Shown here piece after piece: positions 39,129-47,018 of a DNA stretch of 64,000 nt. The position numbers were made by a program, and so were the translations under genes. The stretch's first letter is position 1. Each line of letters opens with the position of its first letter. Origin of the DNA: a virus (taxonomy: Duplodnaviria; Caudoviricetes). The notes beneath the pieces were generated by a model. The model saw nothing but the letters and a program-made list of their open reading frames with translations. It was not told the origin of the DNA and did no database searches. The stretch is from IMG/VR virus record IMGVR_UViG_3300035703_002708; one strand, written 5' to 3'.

Positions 39129-39154
39129 TTATTTTATATAAATTGTAAGAAACA

Positions 39155-39190
39155 AAAAAACCCCATTCCGAAAAGGAATGAGGTTTCAGA
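39155..39190 (-). terminator. Terminator after tmRNA
   Basis: aaaaaaaccccattcc-gaaaa-ggaatgaggttt. Confidence 0.7.
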
Positions 39191-39561
39191 TGGTGGAGAT
39201 GCGGGGTGCTGCCCCCCGGTCTTGCTCACTTTGGTAATTAAGGACTACGTAAATAGGTCAACATTAGTTCTTAATGTTCCGAAATATTGATTTTCTTACT
39301 CAGAAAACCACAAACGAGTTTTGTTTCTTTTAGGATAGAAACCACACCCTACCAGTACTTCTGTTCCGAGGTTATATGTACGCCGACCCGAAGTAGTTTC
39401 GCCTTAGGCTACTGCTACAGTTTCAGAAGTACGAACAAGTCCTACAGCTGAAAGTTTGTTGATAACGTTTCCGTCTAATTGTTAAGTCAGTTTTACAAGG
39501 TTAACTCAGCCTCGTTACGCCCTTAATTAGCAACCGTGCCAATCGATGCTATGTCATCCCC
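39191..39561 (-). ncRNA. ssrA: tmRNA
   Basis: 5' GGGGATG pairs with 3' CATCTCC-ACCA (G3.U70); T-arm CGGGG-GGCAGCA-CCCCG; tag ORF 39472-39404 after UAGAC context encodes (A)GNVINKLSAVGLVRTSETVAVA*. Confidence 0.93.
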
Positions 39562-39565
39562 ATTA

Positions 39566-39596
39566 TGTTAAAGAACTTCTTTCTTCTACAAATATA
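39566..39596 (-). promoter_or_regulatory. tmRNA promoter TATATTTG plus boxA-like GTTCTTTAACA
   Basis: Plus strand caaatata at 39589-39596 and tgttaaagaac at 39566-39576. Confidence 0.6.
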
Positions 39597-39648
39597 CGAA
39601 CCTTTTTGGAAAAACCAAAAAGAATAAATATTTATCAATAAAAAATTT

Positions 39649-40983
39649 ATGACAAGTGAAGACCTCGATGAAGGAAGGAATGTTATTATCGAAAACGATG
39701 ATTACCTTTTCATGGAAATATTAAATGCCGAAACTGCAAGATACTATGGTAAAGATGATATTGCTTACCTTTGGGGAAGAAAATATAGAGAGGGTCATTT
39801 ATATTATTTGATTGATAAAAAATTCAGGGGAGATTCAATTTGGATTCATATTCCTCGTATGAGTTCTATAGAAATAGAAACCTTCGACGAGGAAGTTCTT
39901 ACTTTATCTGACCTATTGAGAAGACATTCATTTATTGAAAAATTCATTATGGATAAAGTCAATCCATTTGATATGAGCACTTATTATGCTTTGAAAGCGA
40001 TTGCTCAAGGGGTTCCACCTTTAAGTGATTGGTCAATGCAAAATGTTGATGACCTTATTAGTAATTTCAAATATATCAAAGGAAATCCAAGAAATTCTAT
40101 TGTAACTTTAAGATTTGATAATAATGAGGAATATTTTAGAACATTCGATGTTAGTGATGATACTGTTTGGTTTCTGAATAGAATTTTTAACTCTTATGAA
40201 GGTGGCTATGAATTTGTTGATTACTCTGACAATTATCAATGGACCGATGGTTACATTCTTACTTACAATTTGAATGACGAAAATAAAGAAAAAGTTAATG
40301 AAATATTAAAAGTATTAAAACCTGGTACCACTCTAACAGATAATGACCACGATAATGCGGAGTTAACTAAAATACTTGACAATTTCTACCCTGAAATTGG
40401 TGATGATTTAACTACTGAATATGCTCATTTAGAAAACCAAGCAAGAAACGAAAAAGCGAAGGAAGAAATAACTGATGAATTTTGTAACATATACGAAAAA
40501 TTTAATATATTCGTGAGAAGAGGTTGTTTTTGGGAATATACAACTCCTGTTTGGAATTTAGTTAGGTTATACGAATCAAAACAATTATTCAATACAGATT
40601 TATTGGGACTAATCTCTGCTATAGGTCATACATTAAGTGTGACCGATTGGTATGAATATATGTATGAAATTTATGGTGATAATTTTGATGACGAACAATT
40701 TAACAGAGAAGCCGCAAGGACCTTGGATAAAGTCATAGAAAAGTTAGAAGAACAAAATTTGGATAAAGTAAAAAAGGTTTACAATGAAATTTCCAAAAAA
40801 TTCAAGTTTGAAAGATGGTATGATTTTCCGGTTGACCCCAAGAAAAGTTTTTATATGAGAAAAATAGATTTGGAAACAGGAAAATTGGATGTTAATTTGA
40901 GAGGCGTCGGTATCAACAGTTACCGAACTTTGATGGAACTCGAGGATTTTTATAACCTGATTTATAATTATTCTTTGTTTTAA
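39649..40983 (+). CDS. Hypothetical acidic protein
   Basis: 444 aa; TATTTAT at 39629-39635. Confidence 0.75.
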   Translation: MTSEDLDEGRNVIIENDDYLFMEILNAETARYYGKDDIAYLWGRKYREGHLYYLIDKKFRGDSIWIHIPRMSSIEIETFDEEVLTLSDLLRRHSFIEKFIMDKVNPFDMSTYYALKAIAQGVPPLSDWSMQNVDDLISNFKYIKGNPRNSIVTLRFDNNEEYFRTFDVSDDTVWFLNRIFNSYEGGYEFVDYSDNYQWTDGYILTYNLNDENKEKVNEILKVLKPGTTLTDNDHDNAELTKILDNFYPEIGDDLTTEYAHLENQARNEKAKEEITDEFCNIYEKFNIFVRRGCFWEYTTPVWNLVRLYESKQLFNTDLLGLISAIGHTLSVTDWYEYMYEIYGDNFDDEQFNREAARTLDKVIEKLEEQNLDKVKKVYNEISKKFKFERWYDFPVDPKKSFYMRKIDLETGKLDVNLRGVGINSYRTLMELEDFYNLIYNYSLF

Positions 40984-41019
40984 TTTTGTTTTGTTAAAAA
41001 CTTTTGATAGATTTGTCCT

Positions 41020-41853
41020 ATGGAAAGAAATTATCAATTACTGAAGGACGTTTTGTCCGTACCATCTAAAACCTACAATGAGGAACTGATGGTTGAATTC
41101 ATCTCAAATTGGCTTACCGAAAATAACATTGACCACGAAGTTGATGAATATATGAATGTATATGCCACCAAAACAACGGGTCCTGTTCCTGATAATTTTT
41201 ATTTTCCTTGTGTTGTATCTCACACTGATACTGTTCACAACATCGATACAATAAATGTGGTCGAAGAACAAAAACCGAATGCTCAAGGTGAAATCAAACT
41301 TTCCCTTAAAGCATACAACGATTTAGGTAATCCTACGGGAATTGGTGGTGATGATAAGTGTGGTATTTACGCTTGTTTAGAATTACTAAAGGAGTTGCCA
41401 TTTTTGAAAGCGGCGTTTTTCGTTTCAGAAGAAACTGGTTGTCACGGGTCTAGAAAAGCGGACAGGTCTTTTTTCTCTGATGTGGGATATGCGATTCAAT
41501 TCGATGCCCCTGAAAATTGGATGGTAACTGAAAGATGTTGGGGTACGACTTTGTTTGACCGTAGGTCTGATTTTTTCAAGCACTGTGATAATGTGTTGAC
41601 TGAATCTTTTCCTGATAAATTACAATATTTTTCACATCCATACACTGACGTTTACGCACTAAAGGAATCATTTGACTTTTCTTGTATAAACATTTCAATC
41701 GGGTATTATGATTACCACACCAAAAACGAATATGTCGTCGTAGAAGATGTTTATAACGGAATTGATGTAGGAAAGAAAATGATTGAAAAATTAGGTTATT
41801 CTAAATACAAATTCAAAACTGAAAAACCTGATAAGTTTTATTCGGTGTTTTAG
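41020..41853 (+). CDS. M20/M28-family zinc peptidase-like protein
   Basis: SHTDTVH, GIGGDDKCG, FFVSEETG, QFD, YYDYHT; TAGATTTG at 41008-41015. Confidence 0.8.
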   Translation: MERNYQLLKDVLSVPSKTYNEELMVEFISNWLTENNIDHEVDEYMNVYATKTTGPVPDNFYFPCVVSHTDTVHNIDTINVVEEQKPNAQGEIKLSLKAYNDLGNPTGIGGDDKCGIYACLELLKELPFLKAAFFVSEETGCHGSRKADRSFFSDVGYAIQFDAPENWMVTERCWGTTLFDRRSDFFKHCDNVLTESFPDKLQYFSHPYTDVYALKESFDFSCINISIGYYDYHTKNEYVVVEDVYNGIDVGKKMIEKLGYSKYKFKTEKPDKFYSVF

Positions 41854-41897
41854 TTTTAGTTAAATAAGTTTTTTTATTAAGTTTTATATTTATCAAT

Positions 41898-42446
41898 ATG
41901 AAACTGATAAATTTACTGACTCGGATAATATCTGAGCAACCCGCTTTTCAAAAAAGACTACTTATAAAAGGTCTAGTTTTAAGTGAAATTTTCGATGGTA
42001 ATATATTCGAATTATATACAGGTCAGCATGGGGTAGACCGAGCCATAAGAGAAGAAAATACATCTGAAGTTACCAAATATGACATTATTGATAAATTTAC
42101 AAGGGCAATACCTGAATTGAATAAAAGATTTTTCGGTATGATAAGAAATGCTAAAAGTCCAATTATTGATGGTAAATATTTTTTCAGGGACTTCAAATCA
42201 GGTGGTCCGAGAGAAGAAAAATCTCCAAGGTTTGTAGTTGTAGAACAAAAAGATGATTTTTTTCAAATGGTACTTATGGTTAAGAACTACGACAAAAATA
42301 GTAATTACATATCGTTTGAGATAGTCACTATTTTGAAAAGTGGTGAACCCCTATATAATTTATATAATCCTAAACATCACGTTCTCAAGTATAATATTTT
42401 TTTAGAACATGTTGGTGTTTCAGAAATAATTCATATATTTGTGTAA
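41898..42446 (+). CDS. Hypothetical protein with LLTRIISE|Q leader
   Basis: 182 aa; TATTTAT at 41887-41893 is 4 nt before ATG. Confidence 0.7.
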   Translation: MKLINLLTRIISEQPAFQKRLLIKGLVLSEIFDGNIFELYTGQHGVDRAIREENTSEVTKYDIIDKFTRAIPELNKRFFGMIRNAKSPIIDGKYFFRDFKSGGPREEKSPRFVVVEQKDDFFQMVLMVKNYDKNSNYISFEIVTILKSGEPLYNLYNPKHHVLKYNIFLEHVGVSEIIHIFV

Positions 42447-42595
42447 GAAAATCCGAAGGTCGTTGAGGATTAAAATATAAAGCGACTGGGTGGGGAAAGT
42501 TATGTGTCAGCTTCCACCGAGTAATAACACTTCTGAACCAAACAAAATTTGGTCAGGCAGAAAGGAAAAGGAGGTCATTCGACCTCCTTTTTTGA
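42446..42595 (+). ncRNA. Putative ~150 nt structured small RNA
   Basis: TATATTTG at 42434-42441; stems AATCC/GGATT, GGTGG/CCACC, CTGA.CCAAA/TTTGGTCAG; terminator aaaaggaggtc-attc-gacctcctttttt. Confidence 0.45.
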
Positions 42596-44614
42596 TTTAC
42601 CCTTCTTTGGTTTTTTATCTTCTGTAATTTTAACTTGTTCTTCTTCAACAGATATAGTATAGTTGTGGTCGGTGAGTAATTCACCTTTGAGGACTTCTTC
42701 TGAAATGTAATCTTCAATCTTGTCCTGAATCGCTCTTTTCAAAGGACGGGCACCATACATCTCGTCAAATCCAACTTTAGAAATCATATCAACAATTGAG
42801 TCGTCAAATTTGACGTTGTACTTAATTTTGGTCAATCTATCTGTCAACTTAATAAGTTCAATTTTAACAATTTCTTTTACGTGTTCTTCTTTCAAAGTGT
42901 TGAATACAATGATATCATCGATACGGTTCAAGAACTCAGGTGCAAAAAATTTCTGAAGTTCTTTTTTCAGAGTATCTCGTTTTTGTTCCTCAACGATATA
43001 ATCCTTTTTCTGAAAACCGATACCCGAACCAAATTCTTGGACTTTTTTAACACCAAGATTTGATGTCATAATAATCAAACAATTTTTGAAGTTAATTTTA
43101 CGACCCAAACTATCAGTTAGGTGTCCATCATCCAATACTTGAAGTAATGTTGAAAACACATCTTTATTTGCTTTTTCAATTTCGTCAAACAAAACAACTG
43201 AATATGGTTTATTTTTAACTTGTTCAGTGAGTTGTCCCCCCTCATCATAACCCACATATCCTGGAGGTGCCCCAATCAAACGAGACACGGTATGTTTTTC
43301 TTGATATTCGGACATATCAATTCTGATTAGTGAATCTTCACTACCAAAAATTTCTTTCGCCAATTGTTTTGCTAAATGTGTTTTACCAACACCTGTTGAA
43401 CCCAAGAAGATAAACGAACCAATTGGTCTATTAGGGTCTTTGATACCCAATCTATTTCTACGAATTGCTTTCGAGATTTTACTTACCGCTTCCGATTGAC
43501 CAATAACTTTTGATTCCAACATCGACTCCAAATTAATAAGAGATTTTGTGTCATCAACATTTAATTTACCAACAGGAATTTTGGTCATATTTGAAACAAC
43601 CTCATAAACAAGTTCGATTTGAACATCTTTTTTGTTGATATTCATTTCTTCTTCAAATCTTTGTTTTTCAGCATGGAGTCGGTTTAATACTTTTTTCTCC
43701 TTATCTCGTAATTCCGCCGCTTGTTCATAGTTTTGTCTTTTAACAACATCTATCTTCATTTGTTTTATATCAGAGGCCTCCTGTTTTAACTTTTCAATAG
43801 ACTCTGGCATTTTAACATCTACCTGACTTCTTGCACCTACTTCATCTATAATATCAAAAGCTTTGTCAGGAAACTCTCTATCTGTAATATATCTGTCTGC
43901 TAAATCAACACAAGTAATTAATACTTCATCCGAGAAAATTACTTTGTGATAATCCTCATATTTTGATTTGGAGTTTCTTAAAATTTGTAAAGTTTCATCT
44001 TTCGTTGCTGGGTCAACAATCACTTTTTGAAATCTGCGTTCAAGTGCTCCGTCTTTTTCAAAGTTTTTTCTATACTCATCTAATGTTGTCGCTCCAATAC
44101 ACTGAATTTCTCCTCTTGCAAGTGCGGGTTTGAATATGTTTGAAGCGTCTAAAGAACCTGAAGAATTACCAGCACCTACGATTGTATGGATTTCATCAAT
44201 AAAGACAATAATGTTTGGATGAGATTGTAATTCCTCGATTATCACTTTCATTCTTTCCTCAAACTGACCACGATATTTTGTTCCCGCAACAATCGATGTC
44301 ATATCAAGTAATACAATCCTTTTATCAACCAAATTTCTTGGACATTCACCTTGTTGGATTTTCATTGCCAATCCTTCAACAATTGCGGTTTTACCACAAC
44401 CTGGCTCACCAATAATAATTGGGTTATTTTTCTTTCTTCTTGATAGAATTTGAGCAATTCTCAATATTTCTTTATCTCTACCAATTACAGGGTCTAATTT
44501 ACCTTCTTCGGCATACTTAATCAAATCTTTTGAGAAGTTATCTAATACAGGTGTTCCTGTTTCACTTTCTATTTTCTTTTTGTGTGATGGTCCATCATCC
44601 ATTATCTCGTTCAT
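42575..44614 (-). CDS. clpC: ClpC-like AAA+ unfoldase lacking the N-terminal repeat domain
   Basis: GKLDPVIGR, GEPGCGKT, FIDEIH, UVR-like QNYEQAAELRD, GSTGVGKT, LFDEIEK, IGF loop, GARPLKR. Confidence 0.88.
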   Translation of the reverse strand: MNEIMDDGPSHKKKIESETGTPVLDNFSKDLIKYAEEGKLDPVIGRDKEILRIAQILSRRKKNNPIIIGEPGCGKTAIVEGLAMKIQQGECPRNLVDKRIVLLDMTSIVAGTKYRGQFEERMKVIIEELQSHPNIIVFIDEIHTIVGAGNSSGSLDASNIFKPALARGEIQCIGATTLDEYRKNFEKDGALERRFQKVIVDPATKDETLQILRNSKSKYEDYHKVIFSDEVLITCVDLADRYITDREFPDKAFDIIDEVGARSQVDVKMPESIEKLKQEASDIKQMKIDVVKRQNYEQAAELRDKEKKVLNRLHAEKQRFEEEMNINKKDVQIELVYEVVSNMTKIPVGKLNVDDTKSLINLESMLESKVIGQSEAVSKISKAIRRNRLGIKDPNRPIGSFIFLGSTGVGKTHLAKQLAKEIFGSEDSLIRIDMSEYQEKHTVSRLIGAPPGYVGYDEGGQLTEQVKNKPYSVVLFDEIEKANKDVFSTLLQVLDDGHLTDSLGRKINFKNCLIIMTSNLGVKKVQEFGSGIGFQKKDYIVEEQKRDTLKKELQKFFAPEFLNRIDDIIVFNTLKEEHVKEIVKIELIKLTDRLTKIKYNVKFDDSIVDMISKVGFDEMYGARPLKRAIQDKIEDYISEEVLKGELLTDHNYTISVEEEQVKITEDKKPKKGKSKKEVE

Positions 44615-44664
44615 AGTATTTAAATTTTGTAAAAATATAGGAATTGAATTTATAAATTCAACAG

Positions 44665-44736
44665 TGTCAGTTTGTCACACATAGTATGACATTTTGTCAG
44701 TTCATGTCAGTTTTTTTGGTTTGGCACAAAGTTGGC
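44665..44736 (+). promoter_or_regulatory. Sigma54-like -24/-12 promoter with TGTCA/TGACA operator repeats
   Basis: TGGCACAAAGTTGGC (GG 44723-24, N10, GC 44735-36); TGACA-TTT-TGTCA palindrome at 44687-44699; further TGTCA at 44665, 44673, 44705. Confidence 0.6.
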
Positions 44737-44774
44737 TCACCAAGTAAAAAATAAACTTATAAATTATAAAAACT

Positions 44775-45155
44775 ATGTTTAACACAATTTCTTTATTCAG
44801 TCCAACATTTGATGATTTAACAAAGGACTTTTTTGAATCAACGAGGAAGAATTATTATTCGACCGATTATGAAACCCACAAAACTGAGGATGGTATGTAT
44901 TATTTATTTGATGTACCAGGTTTTAACAAATCAAATCTAAAAGTTGAGGTGGAAGGTTCGAAACTTTTGATTGATGGTAAAAGAATTTATAAAACATCAA
45001 ATGGTGAAAGAACAAAGACATTCCAAAAAACTTATGAGTTGGGAAATAAAATTGACATCTCAAAACTTGAGGCAACAATCGAGGATGGAATTTTGACAAT
45101 CTTTATTCCTACTCCAAGTGAAAAGGAAACAAAGAAAAAAATCTCTCTTCTTTAA
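44775..45155 (+). CDS. Small heat-shock protein (Hsp20/alpha-crystallin)
   Basis: FDVPGFNKSNLKVEV..LLIDG..F.KTY.L..LEATIEDGILTIFIP. Confidence 0.88.
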   Translation: MFNTISLFSPTFDDLTKDFFESTRKNYYSTDYETHKTEDGMYYLFDVPGFNKSNLKVEVEGSKLLIDGKRIYKTSNGERTKTFQKTYELGNKIDISKLEATIEDGILTIFIPTPSEKETKKKISLL

Positions 45156-45163
45156 TTTTTTCA

Positions 45164-45197
45164 AAAAAACCCCTCCCAAAAAGAGGGGTCTTTTTAT
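45164..45197 (+). terminator. Intrinsic terminator
   Basis: aaaaacccctc..gaggggtcttttt. Confidence 0.75.
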
Positions 45198-45230
45198 TTC
45201 ACGACATATTTATTTGTAAAATAAAAAATT

Positions 45231-45971
45231 ATGAAAAATTTATTCAATTCAATTTGCGATAAAGAAAGAAAGAGAATATTAGAAATGCATGAATTTGAAA
45301 AAAATAAATCCAATTTACTACTCGAGGATTTATTTTCTGGAATTATCGGCAAATTAGCCAGAAGCGCTAGAACTTTAGTCACAAAAAACGAAGATGATAT
45401 AATTAAAGCATTAAGGACGACTGAGGTTGCACTATCTAAGGATTTGGATGAAATTGTATCCGCCTCAGTAAAAAATAGAAATATGTCTAATATTGAAACT
45501 TTAGAGGCGAAGTTGATTCACATTTTTGACCCATCAGGGACTCAGACCGCAATGGCGCAAGAACAAACAAAAAAATTCTTAAATGCTTATGCGAAAAGTA
45601 AGAATAAGACAGGTTGGCGACAGATTAGAGATGAAGTTTCGGGAAATCCTCAACCCAAAATGGCACAAACTTCATCTCAGGCCGCTCGAGATATGTTCAA
45701 GGGACAAAGAATTTCTAATCGTTGGTATGGATTTACTGACCCGAATTATGCCAATGGAATAAATTGGGGAGTTATCACTAATGCAAAAAATATGGACGAT
45801 TACAACAAAGTAATTGCTAAAGCAATAAAAACAGGTGATTATTCAACAATATCGAGAGGTGGATTCGAAAAATTTGGTATACCTAATTTTAGAGAATATT
45901 TACAAAAAAATATCGCAAAAATAAATGAAGTAGACCCATCAACGGGTAGGTGGAGTGTAATTTTTAAATGA
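45231..45971 (+). CDS. Hypothetical protein with ERKRILEMH..LLLE leader
   Basis: 246 aa; TATTTAT at 45207-45213. Confidence 0.7.
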   Translation: MKNLFNSICDKERKRILEMHEFEKNKSNLLLEDLFSGIIGKLARSARTLVTKNEDDIIKALRTTEVALSKDLDEIVSASVKNRNMSNIETLEAKLIHIFDPSGTQTAMAQEQTKKFLNAYAKSKNKTGWRQIRDEVSGNPQPKMAQTSSQAARDMFKGQRISNRWYGFTDPNYANGINWGVITNAKNMDDYNKVIAKAIKTGDYSTISRGGFEKFGIPNFREYLQKNIAKINEVDPSTGRWSVIFK

Positions 45972-45972
45972 A

Positions 45973-46740
45973 ATGACTATGTCCAAGAAAAAACATATAA
46001 ATGATTCCAACTTGTTGTTGGAAGCGAGATATCTTTTGGAGCAACCGGATTCCAAGATGCCAGGCCAAATAGAGAAATTTGGGTACAAACAAAATGATGC
46101 ATCTACTTTAGGACCTGCATTACAAAGACAAAAAGAATATTTGGAATCAATGGATACTCATACGTTACTAACGATAGGTAGCGTGGCAACCGCATTTATT
46201 CCAGTCGTCGGTCCATTAATAAGTGCGGGATTATCTCTTGCGGATGCTTCTATATATTTATCGGAAGGTGATAAAAAATCTGCAGGTTTATCTGCAATTT
46301 TTGCGGTTCTTCCTGGTTTAACGGGTGTTGTTGCTAAAATCCCTTTAATAAAAAATTTAGGTAGCAATGGTATGAAATTATTAGCCGACAAGATAATAAA
46401 AAATGGTGCCAAGGCTAAACTTACAAAACAGGAGTTGGGGGTTGTTAATAGTATTTCTCAAAATCAGAGTTTGATAACACAGGAACTTAACAATTATTCT
46501 AAAAATGTTGCATCGAAATATCTCAATAACACTAAAAACGCAAAATTGAAGTCTACTCTGTCAAGCATCGCTAAAGGTGGTTTGAAATTTAGTGGACAGG
46601 TTGCCGGTTACGGTTCTGTGGCTTATATTTACGATAAACTATATCAAGACGAACCTTCGAGTACAGATTTGGTTAAAAATTTGAGCACAGTAAAACCAAC
46701 AGCGGCTAGTTATCAGGCGGCAAAATCAATACAGTGGTAA
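45973..46740 (+). CDS. Protein with pre-toxin TG-like hydrophobic hairpin
   Basis: AFIPVVGPLISAGLSLADASIYLSEGDKKSAGLSAIFAVLPG. Confidence 0.55.
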   Translation: MTMSKKKHINDSNLLLEARYLLEQPDSKMPGQIEKFGYKQNDASTLGPALQRQKEYLESMDTHTLLTIGSVATAFIPVVGPLISAGLSLADASIYLSEGDKKSAGLSAIFAVLPGLTGVVAKIPLIKNLGSNGMKLLADKIIKNGAKAKLTKQELGVVNSISQNQSLITQELNNYSKNVASKYLNNTKNAKLKSTLSSIAKGGLKFSGQVAGYGSVAYIYDKLYQDEPSSTDLVKNLSTVKPTAASYQAAKSIQW

Positions 46741-46757
46741 GTTCAAAAGTAAAAGTT

Positions 46758-47000
46758 ATGGCAATCATCAAAGAAGAAATTAAAGGGACCAAAATAATTA
46801 ACGACATTCAGTCATCAAACATCAAACACACAGAGTATGATACTGAAACAAAATCGTTAGAAGTTATTTTTAATAATGACCTGAAATACATATATGAAGG
46901 AGTCCCTCATCAGGTTTATACACAATTCAGAATGTCTGAATCTCAAGGTAAATTTTTCAGTTCAAAAATATCCAAATCATACCCTTATAAAAAAGTCTGA
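46758..47000 (+). CDS. KTSC-domain protein
   Basis: SSNI...YD..T..LEV.F....Y.Y.GVP..Y..F..S.SQGKFF...I...Y. Confidence 0.85.
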   Translation: MAIIKEEIKGTKIINDIQSSNIKHTEYDTETKSLEVIFNNDLKYIYEGVPHQVYTQFRMSESQGKFFSSKISKSYPYKKV

Positions 47001-47018
47001 TTAACGGATATTTATAAT

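Noticed and set aside
42551-42572. SRP (4.5S) RNA domain IV (GTCAGG..GAAAGGAA)
   Set aside because: No stem around the GNRA and no AGCAG; resemblance is superficial
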